A DNA stretch of 62,116 nucleotides, the filler included, from Asterionella formosa (lineage: Eukaryota): the NCBI GenBank assembly GCA_002256025.1. It is 5 parts of 5 records of this genome, joined end to end, with 100 filler letters (N's around TTAATTAATTAA, not from the genome) between each part and the next. Parts side by side here need not be neighbours in the genome. Positions count along the whole stretch, not along the records: positions 24,905 to 37,243 come from NKIB01007606.1; positions 37,344 to 49,682 come from NKIB01007609.1; 3 more parts are not named here. One strand, given 5' to 3'. The position numbers and the translations under genes are program-made. Within the stretch, counting starts at the first letter, position 1; each line of letters starts with the position of its first letter. The notes below the pieces were generated by a model. The model was not told the DNA's origin. It did no database searches and saw only the letters and a program-made list of their open reading frames with translations. Shown here one piece after another: positions 35,147-47,800 of the stretch.

Positions 35147-36027
35147 CTTCACGTCTGAACATTACACGACTTCCGAGGATATAGCTAAATACGATGTGTA
35201 TTACTATGGTCAACGTATATAAATAAAGGTGGTGTTAGGTCGCGACTAACAAGTACATACGGTAGCACTGACAAAGAGATGCCAATATACATATAAATCT
35301 TCGAAATCGTACCTCTCGTGATAACGTTTATGTCGTAATCTAGAACGGAAAAAGCATCAGTGACCATTCCCTAAGCTTGCCAAGCCGTATGAAGGCAGGA
35401 CTTGGATTGACCTTCCAGTTGCTATCTGGTCGTCCATCAATGACACACTCCTCAGACGAGAATACATCCGTTCCTTCAAATTCGTTGCTTTTGGGAATTC
35501 ATCCTGTTGGAAAGTCTTGCTATTTAAAACGGTAGACAGGTTCTATGATCGCCGTGGCTCATCAACATTTTCTTCACGTCTGAACATTACACGAGACACG
35601 ACTACCGATATGGCCATATGCGATATGTACCTAGAACTATGGTCTATGTTTATATATTTAAGGCGGTGTTAGGTCGCGACTAACAAGTACATACGGTAGC
35701 ACTGACAAAGAGATGCCAATATAGATACATGTAAAATCTTCGAAATGGTACCTCTGATGATAACGTTTGTCGTACCTGGTAATCTAGAACAGAAAAAGCG
35801 TCAGAGTGACCATTCCCAAAGCGTGCCAAGCCGTAGGAAGGCGTGACTTGGATTAACCTTACAGTTGCCATCTGGTCGTCCAGCAATGACACACTCCTCA
35901 GACTAGAATACATCCGTTCCTTCGAATTCGTTGCGTTTTGGAATTCATAATCCTTCGACGTTGGAATGTCTTGATATTTAAATACGGTATACAGGTTCTA
36001 TGATCGCCGTGGCTCATCAACATTTTC
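35147..36027. repeat. Tandem duplication, two diverged ~430-450 bp copies (35147-35571 and 35572-36027)
   Basis: Both copies start cttcacgtctgaacattacacga and end gtggctcatcaacattttc. Confidence 0.9.
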
Positions 36028-36532
36028 GTCAGGCTATCTTGAAGGCCATGGGGCAATATAAATTTCCATCAACGAATTTTGGTGATGAGGCATGCGTTGT
36101 ATCGAGTCGATCGGTACCTGGTACCAGGTACTCCAGGTACAGTAACCGCGATGGTCGCAGCGCCGGGGGACAGACAAGCAAACGTCGCTGTAAATGTTGG
36201 TATCTGTGCATAGCAAATACAGAGTACTTGGTGAACTTAATATCAGGTACCTGCTACTCATGAAAACCTTGTATCTGGCGATACTGGAACAACAATGTCT
36301 CATTTTGTTGGTTTCATACCGCCAGACTGGCTGACTGTTAAGAGGAGTCCGAGAAACTGGACGGTCCGGTTCTGAAACTGTTACCGGTAACTACGTAGCT
36401 TTGTTTTCTCCTAATCAGGCACAAGGTAGAGGAGTAGGTACCTGGTACCCTGGTACCAGGTAGTCAACACCTTGTAGACACAGTTTTTTGAGGAAATCTT
36501 CACTGCTACCAGGGTATCCGGCACAATGCTTA

Positions 36533-36700
36533 CTCCCTCCGTCCGACAATAGTTGCATCGATTATCGCAACCCTCATTGCCGAGCAGCTTTTTTTAGCAC
36601 GGATTGTGTAGACTCCATACCAATTTTCTACGTGAGGGTCGCCTTACTCGAAATATGCGTTTTTAATGTGGTGTTACATAGACATGAAGCTGGCCTGACT
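36533..36700. mobile_element. Second Stowaway/mariner-like terminus
   Basis: TA|CTCCCTCCGTCC terminus and internal similarity to 24123-24270. Confidence 0.65.
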
Positions 36701-39700
36701 TGCAATTGCTGAAGGCAAATCCCGCTCTAGCTATCATCGCGTCATTTGCTTACCGACTGCCCACAAATTTAGCATAAATGTCAATTTTAGCCTACTATTG
36801 CCCATCATATAAAATGTTTTTTGGATATTTCCTATCTTCACCTCGAAAATTGCCACAGGTCCAATATTGCCCATCATTAAAATATATTCTCTGTATTTCA
36901 TATGTTCGCATTTTGGCAAGACAACAGACGCCAATTGCCCCTCAGTTTTCCAGCCCTGGGATTGCCGAAATCGGCAAGGGGTCTACTTAAGGAAATCATT
37001 TTATATACTATACAGATTTTATATCTAGAATTCACCTCGTTTTTGTTTGTCTCCTGAAAAGTGGACTCTGGCAATTCACCTTTCACCATGCCAATCGTAG
37101 TCCATCATCTAAGCCGCGAAATACGCCACTTTTCGAAATTTCGTCTACGTATGAGTGTTAATTATGTGGTACTTCACATGCATTAATGCCACTCTTCACG
37201 TAAAAAAGATTACTTTCAACGGTTTCATGTGAAGTTTTAACTGNNNNNNNNNNNNNNNNNNNNNNNNNNNNNNNNNNNNNNNNNNNNTTAATTAATTAAN
37301 NNNNNNNNNNNNNNNNNNNNNNNNNNNNNNNNNNNNNNNNNNNGGTACCAGTAGAATGTAAGGGAATGTACCAGATTTCGCGAACAAATTCGAAATGCAT
37401 GTCTAATCGTCTAGTGTACGCACTGTTGCTCAGGCACTTTGTGAGATAAATCTTTCTCACCAAGCCAGCTTTTCTAAATTCTCTGCACATGAGCACTTCA
37501 GATGTGTAAACTCGAACATTGCTCTAGTATATCACCTGCTTGAAACGTGTAGCTAAAAAGATACTTCGATGAAAATGTGAAATTAGCTTGCAGTTCATCT
37601 TTTCCTTTAGTAAACTACAAATTGACTTAATTGGTACGCTTTTTTGTAGATCCCTCTCATGAGATGAACATGATGGTTTCATCCGATGAATAGCAATGAG
37701 CTACTACTCTTTCAATGGAAGCGACTTTTATAACTAGAACTGATAGTCAAAAAGAGGCTATTACTACTATCATGGTTGACATGAATTGTTACGTATGTGT
37801 TAGCTAGAGCAATGATCAATTGTAATTGACAGCAGGAATAAAATCAATTTGGCAATGCGTTTGAAAGCGTTGAGAGCAATCAGGATCATCCCATCTAACG
37901 TAATCACTTTATAATGCACCTTCTAAGACCTCGTGCTGGTAGCAACAGCAGAAAGCAAAGCACAGATGTCGTAGTATTCAACTCTTTCTTGGGGAAGTCG
38001 AATTGAAAGAACTAACCGGCATCAGCCAGGCAGCACCACAACTCACTGATGTGATCAAAAGAATGCAAAAAAATTGAACGGCTAAAATGTAAAATAAATG
38101 TAGAGAACAATAATAGGACCATGTGATTTATCGCTCGCTTTGCTGATACAATCATGACAAAAATTCAAGATTAAGCTCACCTTGTTAAAGGCCTTCATTG
38201 TTCACCTTCTATCACTCATTCTTTCAAAAGAAAACTCCTTTTCTTAAAAGGCCTGTTCAATTGTCAAATGAATCTTGAAAACAACAGATTATCAGTATGA
38301 CTTATCCATCTTTTTGTGATATGACAGCAAAAAAAGCAAGCAAGTAAATCTTTACCTTAAAAGCAACGATTGCTTACGATCTCAATGTTGCATCATTCCA
38401 CCATCTGTCGTTGCCACAAACAAAAATATGTAAGTTCTTGACTGATAAAGAATTTGTTAATGGTGAGGCACTGAAATGCTAGAAGGGTGATGCTGGTTTT
38501 AAGGGTCGTCCCCATGTTGAAAACATATTGTGCACAGTGGTGGTTAAATGATGCCTTTATGAATTCAGAGGGTCGAAAATCCTGGCGCAGCCATGACTTC
38601 ATCTTTGTAGGCAGCAACAGAACCTACAATCTACACAAAAAAACCTGGCGCAGTCTTACTTCGTCGGGACAAATTCTTATGCTACAAGTGTGACCTAAAC
38701 CAAATATGACAAGAAGGAGATGATACAGCCAATGGTTACTCTTAATATATTTACAGTACAAACGCCATATTATATTGCAACAAGGAGGGGAATACAGGAA
38801 TGCTGGTAGCTAGGGCAAACCTACAGTTCCACAGTACGCACGTAGAGATGAGTAAAGTTTCGCAGTAAGAACTGCATAATTCCTATTGTAAGAACAAGAA
38901 GGGGAAGACGGAAATACTGCAAGTTGTGGTCATTATGCCGAAAATGGAACGCGGTGCTGGCAAGCACTCATATTCGACTCCCCGGTAAAATTACTTAAAC
39001 ATTTAGAAAATTCTAACGGTTTTGCGCTGGCCAATAAATATCATTAAAATCAAAATCTAATTTTAAAGAATGATTCTCTGAAAAAACCAGTTTCCACACC
39101 TTGCTACGATTAGGGTTGTTTCCCCCCAATCGCAATTTTGGGTTTCAAAACTTCTTATTCCAGAAGTCTCCTAGTTTAATAGCATTTCTCTACCGTTATG
39201 AATGTACAGAAGTGCAAATAGTGGTTGTGGTAAATATCGGTATACATGGGAGTACGACGTAGTACTTACATCTTGCATCCCTGTATGGCTACCAGTATAT
39301 ATATTATTTATGTGAAGTGCACAACCATAAACTGTAACAAGAATTAAGACACCACAAGCATCCTTACTATTTTATAAAGGAAGATGCATGTCGTGAACGA
39401 ATAAGCCTCAAGAGCAGAACTTAGATGAACTTTGAAATGAGTTATTTGAAACATCAACTAATTCAGTCTCAAATTCAAATTTTTTTGTGAAATGTTCACA
39501 TGAAACCGTTAAAAGTAACAGGATACGCGTTTTGATATTTGTGTTACAGGTACATACTTTATATATGAATATTTGATAAGCATGCTTATACTTATAATAT
39601 TTGATCATGTTGTTCTAATATGTATCCATAATGACTCATAATGGTAGTAACCACAAAGTAATCATACAAATAAAGTAAATGAGCAACAACAACCCAAGTC

Positions 39701-40379
39701 GAAATCACTACTTCTCTTTGAATTTCAATCGCTCTTCTCATGACCATGAATTAATGATTTTATTTACAAGACCATCATCGATTTACCTTAGCTACATCCT
39801 ATATTGTGTATTTGTTCATCTTATAGCCATATTATTAACATCGTATCTCTATGAAGTATTTGTCCAAAATATGTGGAAACGGATTATAATTTAAATACTA
39901 AATTTAGAATTGTTTCAATCTCTCTACATAAACAGTTATCTCACACCGTCTCACTCCTGTTCATTCTCTTGTCTGCTGCTTCCCTGCTACCCCGTTTCTG
40001 ACACAACTGTAACTTCCCAATTCCTCCTTTCCCTTGTGCTTGTCTGATTCTGAAGGATAAACTGATGTCGCTCATAGCGGCGGGTTGCCTCTCCTCATTC
40101 CCTTCTTATCCGTATCAGAGCTCTCCTTCATTATTAGTATTTATGTTAATGTTGTAACAACTGCGAATGACCTTGTTTGTTCTTACTATAAAATCTCATC
40201 TGACCTGAATCACTACAAAGGGGAACATTCAGTTCAAGTTTCATCCTTACGTGGCTATGAAGATTCATCCGCTTTAGCAGCAAATTCAGCACAACGTTTT
40301 TTTCAGCTAAAATGGATCACTCTGTTGTCGCAAATTTGTTAGCTATATTTTCAAAACCAAGAAATTTTGCTTTGAACAG

Positions 40380-41480
40380 GTAAGTGATGTATTGCTATAC
40401 ATCAGACTTACTATGGATGTTTTGTTACAGAAAGGATGTCACTTAAACCTATTTTTGCATTTCCCAAAAAGTCTATAAAACACCCAGCCGTATCTGCAAG
40501 TTGCAAATCCGTAGGCACATCAGATGTGAATGCAGATTCGTTTGCTAACCGATGTATCTCCCGGTTATTTCAACTAGCTAAAATAGCAATTAGGCAAAGA
40601 AGCAGAGAGTGATCCTGAACTTTCAAACTACATATGGAATGGATGTGATGCACAACTTCCAGATAATTATAGAATGGAACGTACAAACAAAGAAACACTT
40701 TTAGATTATTTCAACTCTACGTTTGTAGGTATGTGCATTAATAGAATGCGAGAATGACAAAATAAATTCAACAATCATTTTAAATCGATTTTAAGTAAGT
40801 CAATCGTGATGTTTTCTTCAACTGTTAAAACATTTTAATTCTTCTACTTCGATGTTCTAAACGTTTTCTTGTCTTAGTTGGTGTTACAGAAGATTTCTTC
40901 AACAAGCTTGGTCCGTCGGAGTTTATTGCTTGGGCATGCAAGTTGTATGCGTTTGCTTAAGCAAATTTCATTGATAGAGCAAGCAATTCCTATCACCTAT
41001 GGATTGATGTTCTTGCTCGAGTTCATTTTATAGGTAGGGTCAGCCGTGGCGATCCCTATCTTATAGGAGAGAAATTTGGGGACATTAAATTCATTCTAAG
41101 TGATTGAGCTAAATGTGAATTAGAATCAAGGTTTATTGGTTCGGTTATTAATGCTTCGACAGAAGCATTTTGTTTCCTTGTATTAAAAGGGAAATTCCGA
41201 TTGAAACCTGGATGGATTATTTATAATCCTTCCTCTTATTTACCTCAAGACCAGCCAATTACCTCGTTTCAGGCAGGATGTTGTTGATATCGGTGGAAAA
41301 CCACTTTGAAGAAAAGTACGAGAGAGCAAAGTTCAGTGTCAGGAGGTCTCACTGATCAATGGACTGATGTCTTATTGGAATTTTATCAACAATTGTGTGG
41401 TGATCTTTCATAGGATAATCGATCTGTACAAGCAATGAACCATAGAGGATTGGTCAGTATAGCACCTCCAAGTCACTTTC
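40380..41480 (+). mobile_element. Highly decayed transposase-like relic (possibly PIF/Harbinger)
   Basis: Only short motif-like fragments (CDAQL; QAMNHRGLV) in AT-rich DNA with no long ORF. Weak call. Confidence 0.25.
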
Positions 41481-43249
41481 CAAACACATGTTTTTCTTTC
41501 CCTGAAATCCCAGAAGAGCAAATGAAGAAACATGGTGGAGATGAACTTCGACAAGATGATCTTGCTGGTAATAGCATCAATTTACGACATTGTGAAAATC
41601 GTCAGATCATGACTGATGATGAAGATATTGAATGGGATTAATAACTGTTAATTTTAATATTAATCATTGATCTAACTTATATTTACAGCTAGCTATTTTA
41701 TATCTACATCTAGCTATCATCGTTCCCTTTTACATCCAGGGATGATGCAATATTTACGGGCAAGGTGAAACACTTGATCGAGATGTTCTTGGACTGTGGC
41801 TGCTTCTGCTGGATCGCGAATTTGACATATCCCTTTCTTGAGACCAAATAGGTAATGATCAAAATGATTATTTCCACATGATGATCTCTTGCAGTACACT
41901 ATAATTACATAGGTACACTCAATATACAACGGGTGACAATTGACACTTGAAGTGTCTCCACAACAATCAATTTGTGGATTGTCATCAACATCCACAATAA
42001 CACTCACATTGGATGGATGGAGTTCATGAGCTATGAATTGAATGAGATTTTAAATTGTTTGAAAATCCCAATATGCAAGAGATTTAAATTACTCAATTTC
42101 TTTTTCATGAGTTATTTGTTGAATGAGATTTTGATTTGTTTGAAAATCCCAAAATGCAAGAGATTTAAACTCCTCATGGATTTTCTGATAAAATTCGATA
42201 AAACCGTTCAACGTGCTGTTGATGAATGTCACTGCCTGTCTCCAAGACCTGAAAGAAGTTCCTAAAACTCATGATAACTCATCCAGAAGATCAAGAGGTT
42301 TCCTCCAAGGAAGATTTGAGGTTGATTGTCATTTTGCTTTATTGATAATGCGTGGCAACAAGTGTTTGAATGGAACCATGAAAAGAACACAAAATATTTA
42401 ATTCGCTTGGTTTTGATTTACTTCGAGAGTCAACAATCGTTCAAAGATCAACTCAAGAACATCCTGAAGCACATCCTCAAGCATGAGTTCTACCAAAAGC
42501 CGAAATCGACTTCGCATTGCTGAATGCAGTCGTGTTATGCCGAGAGAAAGCGCGTGCCTGGTATCAATTTTTTCACACAAAAATCGTCTATAAATAGTTG
42601 AAGTTTAAGACAATCTCGTGATACATCAAGAAAACAAACGTGGCTAGTGTCAATTATAACAAAAGATCGTCTTCGCATTGCTGAATGCAGTCGTGTGATA
42701 CATCAAGAAAACAAACATTTCAAGCGAAATTTTGTACACAATATTTCTATACTAAGTGGCAATGACAGGGCACATGCATTTTAATACAGCAGGCAACACA
42801 TGGAGAAGTGAAAGAACGGTCAAACATAAGGCCCATCGAGTTAACATTACTAACACAAATAAACCTGTTCCTGTTCTTAAGGCATGGAAATTCTATGCAG
42901 AGCGAATTTTTTCATGCTTTTTTTCTTCCGTGCATGTTTTATACAAGCAAATCCATGATGCTCGCAAAATTTAATCCGTCAGCTTGTATCCAGTAACAGA
43001 AAGTACCTGGTCTTAGTACATTCTGCAAGTTTACTCATTTGTCCACCTGGTCAATTTATGATGGATTTTGTACAATACCATGTTCTGTGTGGTGGATATA
43101 TCAGTGTTTTTCTGCATGTCATTGATTCCTATAATGATACAGAACATTTACATAATGTTTTGTTATATTTTGATTCAACTATCAAGGATTATGTTTACAC
43201 ATGGAACATTAAAGCTGCAAACTATACAGATACGGAAAGCTGCTGTTAT

Positions 43250-44145
43250 GACTGAAAAACTTATTTAACCACAACTCATAAAACACAATTCCAAAATAAA
43301 ATGGTCTGTTGAAGAAACTGACTCATTGGGATATCGATAAACTCCAACCGACCTCAAATTTTGGTCTTCAAAATTAAAAAGAAAGATTTAAATGGAACTG
43401 GTCCATTTGTTTGGTTACCAAGGCCTATGCATACATCAACAAGCTTTTGAAAGAATGAAAGCATTGCTAGTTGCAGATACACTAATGCGTTATCCTGATC
43501 ATAATTTTCCTTTCCATTTTTTTACTGATGTTTCTGATTTTCAATTCAGAAACTTTCAAAGAATTTCGCTCTATGTCATTGAATGCGGTTCTACATGTTC
43601 ACACTGAGCATTGATGTATTTGTATTTATAATACCCTACACAGACACTTAACTTCTTTGCCGGTGGAGGCTTTATATTGAATAATTTCTTCTTCTTCCTT
43701 TTCAAGATGTGAAGGGTACTGACAATGCTAACTATGACAGATTCTATCTCTCGCCTCCTGAGGCTTGAGTCTTTCTTGGTGGGGGATGATATTCAGCCGA
43801 AATCTTCAGCATCAACATCCACTTCTACTTTCTCATTTGAATTAGATGATGAACCTCTTTTTACCTGTTTCCTCAATCATTCAATCTTGGCAGCCAATAT
43901 TTAACATATTGATTCATTACATGTCTGATAGAAAAATTCTGGATCAACAATTGATTCTCAATCAAGCAACACAGCCATTTCATTCTCAATCAAAAAAAAA
44001 CACCCGTTAAAATTTCCCTCTATCAATTTTCATTAAATACATTAATATGTTTTGTCAAGAATCCAGGAGATACTTGGCATATTGCTTTTCCTATATCACT
44101 GTTGGATCTTATTATTAATTGGTATCATCAGATTTTAGCTCATGT
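43250..44145 (+). mobile_element. Ty3/Gypsy pol remnant (RT-RNase H junction to integrase Zn-binding region)
   Basis: QQAFERMKALLVADTLMRYPDHNFPFHFFTDVSDFQ, and later LIINWYHQILAH. Confidence 0.75.
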
Positions 44146-44149
44146 GTTT

Positions 44150-44337
44150 TATAGGATTATGTTTGATAAATATATGGTGTATCATTTATAATAAGTATTC
44201 TTGACATGATCCTATACTTTTACCATAAATTTATCATATAAATGACGAAAAAAGTATCTTTCTGCAAAAAATTCAGTGCAACACATCATTTGATACCTGT
44301 GATCTTATATAAATATGATATCTTTTTTTTGCAAATG
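44150..44337. mobile_element. Decayed terminal fragment of the CGTCTG TIR family
   Basis: gatacctgtgatcttatataaatatgatatc(t)ngcaaatg resembles gatacccttgatcctatatgcatgatactttttatttgcagacg at 55021-55064. Confidence 0.5.
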
Positions 44338-44345
44338 TGGAATTC

Positions 44346-44538
44346 TGTTGAAATATATGGCGCATACTCTAGTGCGCTCCAGTACTGCCTGGAATGACCG
44401 GTCAAGATCTTTCTTACACTGCTTGTCTACAGACTCTTCTGCTATATAAATCCTGTCTATTTCTGTTTAGACACTCCTCAGACTACCGAGACTTCGGACA
44501 CCTGTCGACATCAACAGCCTAACAGGCACACTCTCACA
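44346..44538. mobile_element. Short solo LTR (193 bp) with 6-bp target-site duplication GAATTC
   Basis: Starts TGTTG and ends CACA. GAATTC at 44340-44345 and 44539-44544. Internal TATATAAA. Confidence 0.7.
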
Positions 44539-44850
44539 GAATTCTTGGTAAGCATTTTCAAGGACCACTTGTGGAATTAAAGGGAAAGAGCTCCAGAAAT
44601 GCTTACCACGATGTCGTTTCCATGGAATGGGAAATTTTTTACTTTACCAATTTAACATGTTCATTTTTTGGATACATCATTGTATTGAGCAAAGCAACTG
44701 TATTACCAAGAACAGTATAAATTGGAATTTAAAAATCACTGGTCAGTTTCCAAGCCAGTAATCATTTGCTTTGCTCACTAGTACTAATAAGGCAAGATAA
44801 ATTCAGAGTTCCAATTGGTTACTTTAACCTTCGATGTAGTCTCTTCTTTT

Positions 44851-47800
44851 TTAGGTTTTGAATGATACTGGTAGAGGAATAAAATCATCGGCCTTTTTTT
44901 GCTGGCTAAAACACGAAGAACACAGTTCCTCTCCCCAGTGACTTGCTTCGGCGATTTCTTCTGGGATTGATATCTCTGCTATTCGCTGAGCCCTAAGGGT
45001 TGGAGGAATACGACCCGAATGATGCCGTTCACCGACCCTTCGGACACGGTGCCAACGGACATCCTCAATGGTTTCCTGACAAGTCGAACAAATAGGAATT
45101 AACCCTGGAGCATCGTCATGGTGGAGATGGTGCAACAATATTGACGTGCTGAATTTTGCCCGTCGAAGGGTATCGAACTCCAGGTTGCGAAACTGCGAGA
45201 ACTCTAACAACGCATGACGTGCATCAGCCAAGTGAGAAACAACTTCTGGCGTACTGTCTTGGTTTTTTGAATGGAAGGAAGCGACGTATGAATCGAAATG
45301 ATTGGCCTTGATTTCTTCCTGGTCGGTGGGAATAGCCTTGGCCGTCAGGGAACATGTGAAGAAGCTTGTTCGCAATCGCCTCACCGATGACCCCACTTCT
45401 CGTCCAAGCCAAGATTGACGACGCCGTTTTTGTGGCGGTTCATCCACAGTCGCTTCAGCAGGCCATTTCTTCCGTTTTCCATTTTTCTTTGAATTCACAG
45501 AGCCCTTTGGTGGATTTGGATTTCGCTTGTCCAAAAGCCAGACATCGTCTCCGACCATCCTCTGATGGATGGCATCTGGTCCGCCGGTTAGAAATTCCAG
45601 TTTTTTCTCTGGCAGCATACTCGTCCAGACACTTGATGGAGAAGACAATGGGGATCGCTTGCATCCGCTATTTGGGAGTTGAGTTAAAGGAATGTCAACA
45701 TGCAATTGAGGTGCAGCAAGTAATTCGAGATTTGGTGATTTCAGAGGGGTGGACATCAAGGGCGCTACATCCACATCTGAAATTACTGTTGCCACGAATG
45801 TCGTTGGGTTCGTAACCGAAATGGTACTGTCGCTTGTAGTTTTCATTTCTGCGATTTCAGTACTAGTTGCAAGGGGTTTAATGGATACCAATTTCTCTGT
45901 AGTGAATTCTATTCTGACATCCAAGCTCATACTTGCTTCGTTAAAACGAATCCATTTGTGCTCGCTTTCCTTACAATCTTGAAAACCATCGATCTTCCAT
46001 GTTCGCGTCAAATCATCCAACGCACTGAAGAAAAACTCTTGCATTTCTACTGCAAAATCATGGATGGAATGACCCTTCGGGTTGTACTTCATAGCGTTGA
46101 GAAAGACTAGTAAAACGTCAGAAACAACATCTTTCAGTTTTTCGAATTCTCCAAGGAAGCATCGCGAATACACAGTGCCGAGATCCATTGGATGTAAGAT
46201 AATCTTATGATAGTCCTTCAGTTTCAAAGCAGCTGCATTGACAGGCTTCCGGAATGGGGCAGCAGAATCATGGGCCATTACAGTGTCTCTCAAAAGTGCA
46301 GCAACCTGCAGAGCAGGGCATCTTCTTTGATCCTCTACGATGGCAGACGACAGAGCTTCTTTACCTGTCGATTTGCTCTTAAGGAATCGACTGATATTAG
46401 CAGCATGCAATCTGACAGCTTCCTCGATCCAAAAATCACCATCGAGAAGCGGAGGGCAAATCAAAAGACCACCAAGGACACCTTCTTGATGTAATTCTGG
46501 TCCATCCTTCTTCGGCTCGTCGTCATCAGTGTCGGTTCCTTGGGACTTCATGAAATCATGGAAAGAAGATTCAAACATGCTCTGAACGTCCGTAACGACT
46601 CCAGCCTCGACAGCCCGGCTAAGCACTCCGTGATACCAGGATACAAGTCGGTCTTTGTTTGGAGTTCGTTGCGATGCTGGATGGTTCCAGAACACAAAAG
46701 AGTTGCCACGGGAAGGAGGACAGGCCCAGATGTGAACAGTCTCATAACCACGAGCCCTGGCAGTCGCAAGATATGCCACCAAAATTTCGTGGAAAACATC
46801 TGTGCGACAGACGCGAGGCCGAAAATGCTCAACCGAATCCAAGTACGCAATGTAAACTCTTTTCTTTTGTAGACCTCGATCAGCACCTTCACTGTACACG
46901 TCATCGCAGTCATACTCTTGTACATACACACAAAAGATACAAACGTCGAGGCCATCAATCTTTTGAAATAACATGATGGCCTTGGAGTTGTAGCGGACAA
47001 TCGTTGGTGGCATCACTCCATTTTCCAAGTTATCGGCTTCGGCTTGCATACGAAAGTGCTTTCGCACAACCTCAGGAACTTTAAAGAACTTGCTGCAATC
47101 CGAGATTATTCGTACAGTTATAGTCTTACCTGCATTGGGATAATCAGGAGTGTCCATGCGGCTGCGAACCTTTTCTTCAATAAAAGAAGAAATTGTTGTT
47201 TCAGGGAGGTCCTCTGATCTGAACGGGGACCTCTCCTGACTGCCAAGTACTTCGGACAATTTTACTGGAATGTCAGTTCCGCTCAAAAACGAGTACAACT
47301 CATCCCTTTTCAATTTCTTCAAAACTTGAACGGACATCTTTTGAGGAGACTCATTCTTAGTGTGAAAACAAGTGGGGCAAGTGTAGTAGGGGTCAGAGTT
47401 AGTGAACTCGTTAAACATTGCGCAAATCTTGTGGATACCCTCCTTGCACGTCACACACGTCAACCAATGCTCTGCGACTTCCTCGTCATTCTTTCTCTTA
47501 AGTAAATCACGCTTGTAGCGGACAGCGGTACCCATTGATTCGAACTGGTCACTGGTGTGAGGAAGAACAGCTTGCAAATTGGAGTAGCAACGCTGACAGA
47601 ATTGGCGACTGCCGTCCTTGGCAATGTAGTAGATCGCCCCCTTCCGGATCTTGGCACCACTGCAGTTTGCTCCAGTGCAAATGAGCAAAGCTGGTTCGTG
47701 AGAAAGACATCCTTGATTGCACATAGCGCAAGAACGACCCAAACAGGAACGGCAGGTATGCTTGGCGTGCTTTGCGGCGATGTTCATCGCTCGCTTCAAT

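Noticed and set aside
37344..39800. Short ORFs and splice-like signals
   Set aside because: Could not assemble a coherent gene model or recognise a domain.
39861..40117. LTR-like segment (a similar case lies at ~54424-54687)
   Set aside because: Composition is suggestive, but no TSD, partner LTR or linked pol was found.
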